Shown in pieces: positions 1 through 13,200 of a DNA stretch of 64,000 nt. Position 1 is the first letter of the stretch, and each line of letters starts with the position of its first letter. The stretch is from Macrostomum lignano. Taxonomy: Eukaryota. The notes beneath the pieces were generated by a model that worked only from the letters and a program-made list of their open reading frames with translations, ran no database searches and was not told the origin of the DNA. The DNA lies in the NCBI GenBank assembly GCA_002269645.1, contig NIVC01003149.1, positions 1 to 64,000 of the forward strand, written 5' to 3'. The translations under genes were made by a program, and so were the position numbers.

Positions 1-2675
1 CAGATGAACAATTTGATGGTTTAAAGATGCATGCATATTAGCCAAGTAGAACTCTCTTCGTACTTATTTTTCAATAGGATCTTTATCTTTTTCTTACATT
101 ATTTATCTGTGTCAATCTCTGAACACAATTATACATTTTAAGCGTGACTGAACTCTGAATCAGACGTTAACTCGAATGTGTTTTTGAACTTGAAAAAAAA
201 TAAACAAAACGATGTCCGTTGAAAGCAATATTTAAGGTTACATCTTTAAAACTGTTTTTTTCGAGCCGAATTTTTATGTAACTCACCTGTTATACTTATC
301 TAAATTATAAAAAGATTACTTTTTAAGAAATTTAAGAATTTTAAAGAAATTATTTATTACCCTTTCCTCAGCTTCTTTTTTGCTCTAAAAATATTAATTT
401 CTGTTTTGCTTTGTTATCTAATTCTGCCGTAAATTTTCTCAGAAAGACGTTCAGTTTTAATGTTTCCTTGATTGATCAGCGCAATATATTATGAATAAGA
501 TCTTTTTGAAGAATAAAAATTTTTGAATAAAAAAAGATAAACTTTTTTTCTTGCAAGAAAGTGAGAATTTTTTGGCTTTTAATGAATAAGAAAATTACTT
601 TTTCTCGCGAGAATTTCTTCTGAAGATATTCTTATGAGATTCTGAGACAAGAAAATCTTGCTAAGAAAATCTATGAAGAAAAAGATTTTCTCGCTCTCGT
701 ATGAATAAAATCACCCGTTTCTCAATGTCTGTGTAAAAACTTGAGTTTTTGACGAGCTCCTTCTTCTAAAGCTCAGACACTGAATTTCTATCACTGAATT
801 TTTTTCTTGCTTTAGATTTGAAATGTTTGCGGTTGTTACGGTCGGTCTTTGCCTTGAATCGGCATTTCATGTTGGCAATCTTCTTCAAAGTCTTCTTCGT
901 GTCGAACGACTTTCCAGTCAACGTTTCCAGCTCTGTGCACTTCGCGTTAATGGCTTCCTCCTTCTGCCGTTTTACCACCGGCGTGCTGCTCTTGGTCAAC
1001 AAAATCGCATGTTTTGCAGTCCGCATCATCTTCATGCACTTGTGCGTCTTGCCCTTCCATTTGTTCATCTGCTTTCATTTTTCCTTTGCAAGGCAAAAAA
1101 TAGGCCAGCCAAAACTTTCTCGAGTGCACCCAGTCTTATTTCTGTCTCTCGAGATTCCACCCAACCCTGCCCAGGTTGGCCCATAGACGACAATTTGCTT
1201 CATAAATTCTTGCGAGAAAGTCTTGCAAGCCAAGAAAACTTGGCTTTTGCAGATTTTCTTAGCTTGAGAGAATTTCTACGCGCGAAAATCTCGACAGTTG
1301 AGAATTTTCCTTTTTTACTTGGCTTACAAGAATTTCTGCCGAGATTTTCTCGATTTTTATTCATCCTTCAAGTTCTTGATCAATGTCATATACATATAAG
1401 CTGTTTTTGTCTTACAGGAATTTTTTTAATGGGGGTCAGCCAGCAAAAGCACAGCTGTAGGAACTGCTTTCGGAAAAGACTGATTAAACCCTTCAACAAG
1501 ACCTTGAACTAAGAAAAGAATTTGCTAGCTATAGCTACTGCAAAATCTCAAGCTAGAAGTTAAAAAAAATTCTTGAGAGATGAAAGAACAATAGAAGATC
1601 TTAGCGCGTGGTGGGACGCCTGTAAACTTGAAACATCTGGCGAGTAGACAACAGAGGTAAAAGTAGCTCCACTGTCAACTAAGGCGTCGGAGCTTGAGGA
1701 GAGCCCATACTCGTAGTTCAAGTCCTCGCGCCCGCTGCGATACCTAGTAGTTATAAGATGTATTGCTTGTCGCAGTCGCTTTAACAATCAATGAAACTTC
1801 CCTAGCTTGAATAATTGGCACAACGGTTACACCTGTGCCTCGTAGTATCGCGAATTTGACAGACAATAAAATCATTAATTATTCATGAGGACAAGCATCA
1901 TATAATTATTGTATTAATAAAAACTTATTACTGTCTTTAATTTACGTTGTATTATTTTGAAAGTCATCTAACTGAGCGAAGGCTAACATACTATCGAATA
2001 TATACACTACTACATTTATGTCCGTGTAGTAGTAGATAGCGGAGAAGAGAGGGAAGGCGGATTTAAAGATAAATTATAAAAACCAAAGCCAATTGTTTGG
2101 CCTGCAGTCAGTCATTTAGAGAGGCCGAAATTAAGTGACAGTCTTATTAGTGTCGATAAGCAGTCATCAAGGCGTCCAAAAATCGATATTAGCACGTGAG
2201 CAGCCTTAAAACGGATGGATTTCATTTTATCAGCAGTGCTCTACCAAGAACTAGCTAATTCAAAATGTCAGTTTAGGTGGCTAAATATGACTATGTCAAT
2301 AAGGAGCTATCAAGAGTTCGGTGCAGTAGAAAAACAACTTGGCAGATGTACGAGTAGGAAGAACAGACGATTTGTGACGAGCAGAAATCCTGGTAAAACA
2401 AACAATTTGAATTGATAACTTGAATTTGCTTGCTATAGTTTAGTTAAAGTCTTTGCATGAGCCTGGCTTTCGAGAAGACATTGCAGTCTCCCATCATCGC
2501 GCGATGCAAATACGTGAGGCCTAACAGGAATTGACAGACAGATACGTTGCAGTAGGGGAATAGGAAAAGTCTTCCTGTGATTTCGGATTTTCAGTCTATA
2601 TAATCCAGCTATTTATGACAGAGTAAACTGAAATTAGTTGGTTAAAAATCCATTTTTAAATACGTTTTTTTCACA

Positions 2676-5338
2676 ATGCGTTCAGATTCTTATAGCTACA
2701 GACAAGTAGTCATTGTTTTTCTTCTGGATATCGTGCTGACATGGCACACTGGACGTGCTGATGAAGGTAACGCATACATCATGTAGTAAAATTGAAAAAG
2801 GCTTGGCGTCTTGACGCTTTGCTAAATTAGTTTAACTGTTTCATATTTTTAGCCAACTGCAGCCCAGCTCGTTATGTGCAGCACAACGGGACTCTCGTCA
2901 TCAACTCAACTATCGGTAGCAGATTCCTAAACTTTAGTGAAGTGCCAACGGTGCAGCAGTGCCTGCTGATGTGTCGCATGCGAGCCTGCGCCGCCCTCGA
3001 GTTTCAAAAGCGTACATCTCGATGCCGCCTAGTAAAAGTGTCGCAGGTGCCGCCGAAACAACAAGGCTGGGTGATCAACAAAAAAAGTATCCTGACAAAG
3101 TCGAAGGGCACGGTTGTTATGAAAGTGGAAAACTTTGACGAGCTGATGAAACCGCATTACGCTCGGAGATTTCAGGGTGAGATCATATTGATCATTGACG
3201 CTGCTCATTTTTAAAGGTCAGCTAAGACATCCAAAGGCGCTACACTCTCAGATTCTGCTAATCTCTCTAAAGGCCGGTTTTTTGCCTCTAAGTGCAATAG
3301 TAAGACACGAATTTTTTGCATTAAACTCACGGTGTCACCGTTTGGACTATGGACAGATGTGCAACCAACAGCTCAGCCGCAGCTATTGCGCCGCGCATCT
3401 GAAGGCTGCGTATGGCTGTTCAGTCCAAGAACTGGGGGGTCACCACATACATCCCTCAATTACCCAAGCTAATGCTGGCACTCATTTTACAGCTGGGTGA
3501 GCTGAAGCAATGCAGATCATTAAGTGTCTTGCTCACAGACAGAAACTGTTCCGAGTGGGTTAGAACCGAAGCCTCGACCTTTGTCGTGAGTCCGACGCTT
3601 TAACCACTAGGCTGCAACGATTTGCAAGTTCAGCATAAGTAAATGAGTATTCGATTAATGTATATCAAATTTTCAAAGATTAGTTAGTGATTATGCTAAC
3701 GTTACGTTAACAACACTTCAGCAACCGGCACAGGCAGGAACGGCAAAATTCAGCAAGAAGGGATCAAAGTGACCGGCTGCTACGAGATCGAAGTCAATGG
3801 TGCCAGAGGAGGGAGCTGTTCAGGAAATATTGGAGGCATGGGTGTCAAAACTGTTGGCGACTTCTTTTTGACGGACGGCACTGTACTTGGCATTCTGGTA
3901 GGACAGGCCGGCACCGACTGCAGCCAAACGGTCCAAGTCGACGGCGGCGGCGGTGGCCGCGGCGGTGGCCGCGGCGGTGGCCGCGGCGGCGGTGGTGGCG
4001 GTGGCGGCGGCAGCTTCGTGTTCCTGATGACGTCGAACGCTTCTTCGCCCCTAGTGGCGGCTGGTGGTGGCGGCGGTGCTTCTCCGACTAGTGTTGGTTA
4101 GTAAATTGATAAATTGACACTCCCTTATGCTGGCCATTAGTATTTACGAGCTATTGTTCCAATCGATATCGTCATTTCAAGTAATGCTACGACTGTACAG
4201 TAAGAATATCACATTCCATTTGGTTCATGTAGTTTTAGCATTTAACGTGCATTCGTGCATAACGGTACGAGCGTATAACCAACGAATAAATAACCAAAGT
4301 TGAAGAAGCAACCATTGTATCCATTTCAAGTCCCAGTTTTTTTAGAATTCACTAGCGAGATTCGAACATTTATGCTTTAAGTGTACTAGATTAAGTCATT
4401 GTCAAAATCAGCAAATAAGCTGCTGGTAGATGTATGCGTTAAATCTGCAAGTTTAACTAAATTTTCATGATACAATGAATTACGTAGTCCATATAATAAA
4501 AATTACTACTATAGGCGCAATTATCTGCCTTTTCGGAGTTAGGGTAGGTGCATATTCCAGTGGCTTTTACTCGTAGAATTAATCCTCAACAAAACGCATT
4601 GGCTAAACAGACATCACAATAATAGTTCGTTGCAGAAACAATCAACCAGATGGTACAGTACATACGAAAATGTAAATGTAAAACAGAAGCGCTTCTTTAA
4701 TATCATTTCAAGGAAATCCCGGACTATCTGGTACAGCCGGCGGCAACTCGACCTCAAGAATGAACTACCGCGGCTATGGCGGCTCGGCTGGAGGACCAGG
4801 CTTTTTCAAAAACACCAGCTACATTGACTACTATCAAATAATAAAAACCATCGGCGGATGCGGCGCTGGCTGGCTGGGCAAGGCCACGGATTTTGGAGAG
4901 AACTATCAAAGCGGCCAACCTGGCGGCAGTCAAGCTGACAACTGGGTCGGCGGCATGGCTGGTGGCAGGGATGGCAACGGCGGCAACGGCGGCTTTGGAG
5001 GAGGCGGCGGCGGCGGCAGCGATGGATGGAGAGGCGGGGGCGGAGGAGGCGGCGGCAGCGATGGATGGAGAGGCGGGGGCGGAGGAGGCAGCGGCAGCGA
5101 TGGATGGAGAGGCGGGGGCGGAGGAGGCGGCGGCAGCGATGGATGGAGAGGCGGGGGCGGAGGAGGCGGCGGCGGCTTCAGCGGAGGCGGCGCTGGTCTC
5201 GGCGGAGGCCAAGCCGGCGGAGGCGGCGGCTCTTTCTGCTCTACAGCTGGCCACAGTTGTAGAGCCGTGGCCGGAGGCAATTCGGAAAGCCAGCACGGCT
5301 TTGTAAAGCTGCGTCTGCTGAGTGACGACTGCGAATGA
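2676..5338 (+). CDS. Secreted protein: signal peptide + PAN/Apple domain + ALK/LTK-like glycine-rich domain, no transmembrane or kinase domain. Exons 2676-2766, 2853-3176, 3722-4096, 4713-5338 (~471 aa)
   Basis: All three introns are GT-AG with matching phase 1, and the exons total 1416 nt ending at TGA. Hydrophobic N-terminus (VVIVFLLDIVLTW). PAN-like Cys pattern QQCLLMC..CAALEF..RCRL. ALK GRD-like motifs GCYEIEVNGARGG, LGILVGQAG, GGGGGSF, PLVAAGGGGG, GGFGGGGGG, GGGGGSF, GFVKL. Confidence 0.75.
3512..3615 (-). mobile_element. Short tRNA-derived SINE fragment (family B) in intron 2 of the PAN-GRD gene
   Basis: The minus strand reads GCAGCCTAGTGGTTAAAGCG (A-box-like), then GGTTCTAACCC (B-box-like), then TGAGCAAGACACTTAA, which resembles the CORE/V-SINE central motif. 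Confidence 0.5.
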
Positions 5339-5885
5339 TTGAGTGTGCATGCAGCGCCAACAAAGCCAAACCAAGTCGTGAAGGAAGCGTCACGTCAACA
5401 AACAAGCAAGATAGGTCTGCAGCTGCAGGGCATGAACTAGCGAAAGCAGAAGATTGAAAACAGAACGCACACTTAAAACATTTGAAAATTTTGTGTCTGC
5501 AAGTACAAACCTATGTTTATGCTTATTGAATCTATGTTATTAAATCGTAAAATAGTATGATTATAAGCAATTGAAAATTCTGAAACTTCGTTCTTTTCTG
5601 CACTATGTACTTTAATAGGTCGTTATGTCAAATATTGGTATTTTTTAAACATTAGTTCTGTGAGCCATAGCCGTCTAATACATACACACTCAATTCAAAA
5701 TTTATAATATTTAATTTGTTATACCGCAAACTTGTATAAATACATGGGTACTAAAACTGAAATATATGAAACCCTTCTTTCTATTGCAGCACAGGACAAA
5801 ATCTGAACTCATTCATTTAAATTCGTTCCGTGAGCAGTCGCATTTTATCAAAACTGACTGAGACCAGTGTCACCAGTATTATATT

Positions 5886-6220
5886 ATTTTATTAGAGGCA
5901 GGGGGTTGTGTGCACACTGGCGCACTTTAAGCGACATAGGCACACAACATTCCGCCGACTCCCCTGAGCAGGCATACAAGCGCGCGGATACGTACGCAGG
6001 CACACACTCACACAGGAGTGTACAGCGGCCCTAACTTTTTTTATCGTTAGGCATGTACACTTCACTGCGCCTTGGGGGTTGGCTCTCAAGGCCGTTAATT
6101 GCACGAGCAAAGCCAAGCCGAGATTCCAATTCAGCCCCAAATTAATGTGACTGCACTTGGAATCGAGCCTGGGTCGCTGGCACACCAGAGCCTGCGCTAG
6201 ACCGCTGGGCTACGGCCCCC
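5886..6220 (-). mobile_element. tRNA-derived SINE family A, copy 1 (full length, ~330 bp)
   Basis: The minus-strand head GGGGCCGTAGCCCAGCGGTCTAGCG...GGCTCGATTCC has Pol III A/B boxes. The body is shared with 41568-41800 and 53952-54270. Confidence 0.75.
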
Positions 6221-6704
6221 TGTGTCACGAGTATGCTTATAGCCTTTTTGAGAATTTTTTAATAACTCACTTACTTGTGGAAAAGACTTGTATTGTTCGT
6301 ATTTTTCAGTAAATATCACGTCTTTTAAAACCGAGCAGAGATAACTATTAATGGCTTGAATATCGAAGCGCTTTCAATTGCACCATATAATTACTATGAG
6401 CAGCCATTCGCACTTCAAATTTATTTGCATATCATAAAACTGTGACCGTTAGTAATTATAAAGTGATTAGCTTTAATAGCTTCATTGTACTAAATGCTAC
6501 ACTAAATTCAACTAACAATGAAAAATGTCATTATAAGTCAAGTTTCACTCCAGTACCTCACCACATAAACTGGGTTAAAATTACTATAGATGTTTACAGA
6601 CCATTATTTGTTTCGCTAGAAAGTTGATAATTTAGGCAATAAAGTGTAGAATCTCCACTGGTCTTGCCCATAGACATAGACAGACATTGACGGAAAAAGG
6701 GAAA

Positions 6705-7057
6705 CCCAGTTGATGATTCGGCCATAGACATCTCTCTCTATCTACCCAGTTGATGATTCGGCCATAGACATCTCTCTCTATCTACCCAATTGATGATTCG
6801 GCCATAGACATCTCTCTCTATCTACCCAGTTGATGATTCGGCCATAGACATCTCTCTCTATCTACCCAGTTGATGATTCGGCCATAGACATCTCTCTCTA
6901 TCTACCCAGTTGATGATTCGGCCATAGACATCTCTCTCTATCTACCCAGTTGATGATTCGGCCATAGACATCTCTCTCTATCTACCCAGTTGATGATTCG
7001 GCCATAGACATCTCTCTCTATCTACCCAGTTGATGATTCGGCCATTGACATCTCTCT
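6705..7057. repeat. 40-bp tandem repeat (cccagttgatgattcggccatagacatctctctctatcta), ~9 copies
   Basis: Directly visible, near-identical units. Confidence 0.95.
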
Positions 7058-7267
7058 CCAGACATCTCCCTCTCTCCCTCTATTTAACTTGCTGATAAAT
7101 GCAATACTATATCAACATATACCGGTATACTAAAGCTAGCCTTAGTAATGGTACCCAGTAAACTTCATTATTTAAACAGTAATAAGTCAGGTAACTTAAA
7201 ATAAGCATACAGAAATTCAAGTTATTTCATTCGTACAATATAATAGACTTGATTTGATTAGTAGAAG

Positions 7268-10200
7268 TCAGCCAGACTTCAACAGCAAGCCGTGCAGTAG
7301 GCAGTCGGCGCAGCGTAGCGGACAGCACAAACCGGACAGCTGTCCGAGGAGAGCGGCCTGTTTGTCCGGCTGGCCGGCAAGCAGCTGACGGAGCAGATGA
7401 GCGCAGCGCTGAGCCAGTTCCGTCTGGCAGACTCGCTGCAGTACAGTGGCCGAAGGCAGGGCGGCTACGCGACTACACAGAGAGGTGAGGCTGGCTTGCG
7501 CCTCCTGCAATGCGTCATTAAAACAAATAAACGATTTACGGTGTTTTTGTAGATTATTTCATTATCAGATGATTAACAAAATTTGATACTCGTAGTAAAG
7601 AAAGTGACTTATCGAGTTCAGTGACTGAACTAACATCAGTGACCTTGAGACTCATTCAGTGATTAAACTAACATCAGTGACCTTGGGACTCATTCAGTGA
7701 CTGAACTAACATCAGTGACCTTGGGACTCATTCAGTGACTGAACTATCATCAGTGACCTTGAGGTTCATTCAGTGACTGAGCTATCAGTGACCTTGAGAT
7801 TCTTTCAGTGACTGAACTAACATCAGTGACCTTGAGGTTCATTCAGTGACTGAGCTATCAGTGACCTTGGGATTCATTCAGTGACTGAGCTATCAGTGAC
7901 CTTGGGATTCATTCAGTGACTGAACTAACATCAGTGACATTGAGACTCCTTCAGTGACTGAGCTATCAGTGACCTTGAGATTCATTCAGTGACAGAACTA
8001 ACATCAGTGACCTTGGGATTCATTCAGTGACTGAACTAATATCAGTGACCTTGAGACTCATTCAGTGACTGAGCTATCAGTGACCTTGGGATTCATTCAG
8101 TGACTGAGCTATCAGTGACCTTGGGATTCATTCAGTGACAGAACTAACATCAGTGACCTTGGGATTCATTCAGTGACTGAACTAATATCAGTGACCTTGA
8201 GACTCATTCAGTGACTGAGCTATCAGTGACCTTGAGATTCTTTCAGTGACTGAACTAACATCAGTGACCTTGAGGTTCATTCAGTGACTGAGCTATCAGT
8301 GACCTTGGGATTCATTCAGTGACTGAACAAATATCAGTGACCTTGAGACTCATTCAGTGACTGAGCTATCAGTGACCTTGAGATTCTTTCAGTGACTGAA
8401 CTAACATCAGTGACCTTGAGGTTCATTCAGTGACTGAGCTATCAGCGACCTTGAGATTCATTCAGTGACTGAGCTATCAGTGATTTTGAGATTCATTCAG
8501 TGACTGAACTAACATCAGTGACCTTGAGATTCATTCAGTGACTGAACTAACATCAGTGACCTTGAGATTCATTCAGTGACTGAACTATCAGTGACCTTGG
8601 GATTGATTCAGTGACTGAGCTATCAGTGACTTTGGGACTCATTCAGTAACTGAACTAACATCAGTGACCTTGGGACTCATTCAGTGACTGAAGTAACATC
8701 ATTGACCTTGGGATTCATTCAGTGGCTGAACTACCAGTGACCTTGGAATTCATTCAGTGACTGAACAAAAAAGAAGCAAACCAACAAACCTCAGGCTCCA
8801 GCTGTCTGTCTGTCTCGGCGCTATCCAGGCGATCCAACAGCTGCAAGAAGTCCAAGTACAGCTGGCCGCCCAGCTGCCAGTCCTGCCTGTCGCCAGCCAG
8901 CCGAGCAACTGGTGCCAGATGACGCCGAACTCGACTGAGCTGCCCGGCTACCAGCCAGCGCGGCGCCAGACTGTTCAGCAGGATGTCGTGCGCCGGTCGC
9001 CACTGACCGGCTGCCAGCCAGTGTCGGGCCTCTCGACGCTGCCAATCGGCCAGGTTGACAGGTAATTGAGCGCCGTCGCTAATGTAGAAGCAGCGAGTTC
9101 GACAGGCCAAGGCCCAGGCTGAGTGAAGCCAGTGGCGCGACAGGCCGAGCTGGTTGGTGAGGAAATTTTGCAGAGCCGGGTCGCGAACTGTGCCCAGGTG
9201 ACGGCTCAGACAGGCGCTGACTGCTCGGGTTCTGCAGGGTTGGGATTTTGGGAATAAACCAGATTTTTCCCAGCGATTGGATCTAATAGACCGAATCGAA
9301 TTGAAACTTTTTTGAATCCTCAAGTTGGAATTTGAATCCTCAACTAGGGATCTGAATCCTCAATTGGGGATCTGAGTCCTCAATTAGGGATCTGAATCCT
9401 CAATTGGGGATCTGAGTCCTCAATTAGGGATCTGAATCATCAACTAGGGATCTGAGTCCTCAATTAGGGATCTAAATCCTCAATTAGGGATCTAAATCCT
9501 CAATTAGGGATCTGAATCCTCAACTAGGGACCTGAATCCTCAATTAGGGATCTGAATCCTCAATTAGGGATCTGAATCCTCAATTAGGGATCTGAATCCT
9601 TAATTAGGGATCTAAATCCTCAATTAAGGATCTGAATCCTCAATTAGGGACCTGAATCCTTAACTAGGGATCTAAATCCTCGATTGGGGATCTGAATCCT
9701 CAATTAGGGATCTCAATCCTCAATTAAGGATCTGAGTCCTCAATTAGGGATCTGAATCATCAACTAGGGATCTGAGTCCTCAATTAGGGATCTAAATCCT
9801 CAATTAGGGATCTAAATCCTCAATTAGGGATCTAAATCCTCAATTAGGGATCTGAATCCTCAATTAGGGATCTGAATCCTCAATTAGGGATCTAAATCCT
9901 CAATTAGGGATCTGAATCCTCAATTAGGGATCTGAATCCTCAATTAGGGATCTAAATCCTCAATTGGGGATCTGAATTCTCAACTAGAGATATAAAAATC
10001 CTGTATTGAAACCCACAGAGCGATCTCTCACCTGGCTAAATCGTCGTCAATATGAAGCAGCACAAACAGGGCCCAGTCCCACAGTCCCTGGGACTCCAGT
10101 TTAGCCGCATAGCCGCAGTGCAGCGCCTGAGTGGCCGAGTCGGTGAGGTGGCTGTAGCCAATCGCGCGCAGACTGCGCCACAGATGCCAGGCGGGCCCAA

Positions 10201-13200
10201 AGTCGATGGGATCTGGACCGTAGCCGCGCGGATCCAACAGCCTAGCCAGCCGGTGGCTTCGTTTGCAGTGCAGGCGCACTAAATGATAGGCGGTGTCCCA
10301 GCGTGCGCCGCCGTGCTCCGGATTTAACGGCGGCGGCGGTGCGCCGGGCTCCGGCGATTTGAAGGCCGATTTGTAGGCGCGCAATGCCGGGCCAAGACCG
10401 TCGCCGTAGGGTACGGAGAACCACAGGTAGAGAGTGAATGCTCGGGTCCAGTCCATGCCCTCTGGATTGGTTGTTTTGCATCAGAGGAGGTGAACTTTCG
10501 ATACATATCGGCATATTGTAATTCATACGACAATACTTAGAAATTTTGTCTAGGATTTTCTTAGAAACGCATATTTTTTAAACTTACTAATTAACAAATT
10601 ACTATTATTTTGATACATATCGGCAAATCCAAGAGTACATTTAATATTAACTTTAAATCTCTAGAAGTCTAGTACAAAATTAAACTGTATTTTCTATACA
10701 TATCGGTAGACTGAAATGATAGTAGAACAGTCAAACACTTTTATGAAACTTATATTGGCTTTTGATACATATCTGATGCTAACCTGATGGCATAAACTTA
10801 AAAATCAAAGTTGATTATATAAATACAATTTTCGATACATATCCGTAATTAATACTAATAGATATACCTGTCCCATTGACATCGCCAGCCAGGAGTCGAT
10901 AGAGTCGCCAAACAGCTGGCGGTATAAAATCTTTTGCTCCAGTCTGCTGCCAACAGGCCACCTGCTGGGCCACCAGGTCGCGTACAGATTCCGAGTGCGG
11001 CTGGCCCAACAGCAGCGCCAGTCGGTAGTGGCGCCGTTTTAGCGCTAAAGCGCACGCCTCAGTGAACTGACCGGCGCTTAACAAGCGAAACACAGCCACG
11101 GCGCAATCGCCCTCACTGTCGGGATCTTCAACAGTCTGTTGCTGTTGCTGCTGCTGCTGCTGAAGTTCGGCAACAACTGGCCTTCGCTGAACCCATTCTG
11201 TGAAAGCCTCTTTCCGAGGCAACTGAGTCGCTAAGAATTCGTCCTGCGGCAGATGCTGCTGCTGCTCACCACCAGCTGCATCAGAAGACGCAACCGTCGA
11301 GGATTTCAACGGAGCCCAGAGCGCTCGAGTGAGGCTGAGCAGGCGGGACAGGACACTGTCAGGCTGGGACTCCAGCTCGGCCAGGTACTGGGTCAGGGGT
11401 TCGAGTCCCGGCTCCGGAGACCATCTAGGGCATTGAAGAAGACTCTGCTGGCTGCCTCGGTCGGACACGGAGGTGTCGAGAGCAGCATTGAGCAGATTCT
11501 CTTCGTGTACGCTGGCCTCGCGACTCGACTCGGGAGCGAACACGCTGGTCAAGTGAATCTGCAAATTAATTTCAATATGCATTAAAAGACACTTAAATTC
11601 TAACAATACTACTTATTAATAAATCGCATTCAGTTGAGTTTTTTTAAATTTTCGCAAAAATTAGAAACTCCGATATGTATCGAAAATAAATATAATCAAC
11701 AACGCAAATCTTACAGACGTGACAAAATGTGCCAAGTATTATAGTTTAACAACCATAGTCACGATACTACTAAACTTCAATTCTGAGGAAAACATGTAGC
11801 GAAAAATACAAAATTCCAGTCAAAAAGAAAAAAATTGGCAGTAAATAATTTCGGAAAAATTGTTGACTCACTAGTTTCTGAGATGTGATCCATTCCGTTG
11901 TAGCTTCAAAACCCCGATATGTATCGAAAACAAATATACATAAAAACACTAATTCAACGAATCTCGAAACCCTGATTGTAAGCAATGCCATTGATACTAC
12001 TTTTGTACTTAGCATATGAATTAGTACTCGTACGAAAATATAGAACAAATCCGATATGTATCGACAGAACAACTATAGTAGTAACAAATTAACCAACTCT
12101 GGTCCTGATGACATTTCAACCGAATTACACTTAAATATACAAAACTGCTAATAATACTACTTATCTACTCTTATACGCACTGATACAAAAAAGATTTTTA
12201 TGAAAAAACTTTTCAAAAAAGGAGGAAATCCCCGATATGTATCGAAAGATACAAAACTCTAACTAAATGAAACCACAATTTTTATGTTTAATGTTTTCTT
12301 CCTTTCTACACATTAGTGTTTACTGAACCCGATATGTATCGAAAAACTATTATAACAATAAAAGTTTAATCAGTTTTGATCCGGATAACAGTTTTACCGA
12401 ATTACACTTAATTACACAAAAACGGCAAAAACGCTAATAATACTACTTATCTATTTTTTCGCGCCGATATAAAGCATAATTTAGATACAAAAAGCTAGTT
12501 GAAAAACGAATGCCAATATGTATCGAAAACAAATATATATATATCGAATACCAACCCTGGGTCCATCGATAGCTAGTAGCTCTCCAGACGGTCCCCAAGA
12601 GACGCGGCGAGACCTGCTACGCCAGAAGGCGACATCGGCCAGACTAAAATCGGCCGCGCATTGTCGCAAGTCGCCGCCGCCGCCACCGTAACCGGCAAAG
12701 CTGAGCTTCACAGATTCGGGAAACCTCAGCCGAGCAGCTGGCCTAGCCGGCATCGAGGACGGCACCGGAGACTCTGGGGCGAAGGCGAATTCCATTGGTT
12801 TCACTCGCAATGGCGATTGGGTTGGCAGGCCTGGACCAAGATGTTGCTGCTGCTGCTGCTGGCCAGTACGACGCAGCTTTGATGGTGATGGAGAGGTCGA
12901 TAGCAGGCCAGTCGGTGAGGCTAAGAACGACCGACGAGAGTCCACGTAAGACAGTTGCTGTTGGGAATACATTTATCTGTCTGCGGCATCAAGTCATGAG
13001 GAGCAGGTCATGAATTGCTGGGAAAAACTTTAATAAACCGTTATACATTAGTAATCTGACTTGTCAGGTCTACTAAATCTGACTTGTCAGGTGTATTAAA
13101 TCTGACTTGTCAGGTGTATTAAATCTGACTTGTCAGGTGTATTACATCTGACTTGTCAGGTTTATTAACTCTGACTTGTTAGGCCTATAAAATCTGACTT

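Noticed and set aside
3195-3500. ORF in intron 2 of the PAN-GRD gene as an extra exon
   Set aside because: The four-exon model is already phase-consistent, and this ORF's donor (phase 2) does not match the best acceptor. It cannot be fully excluded.
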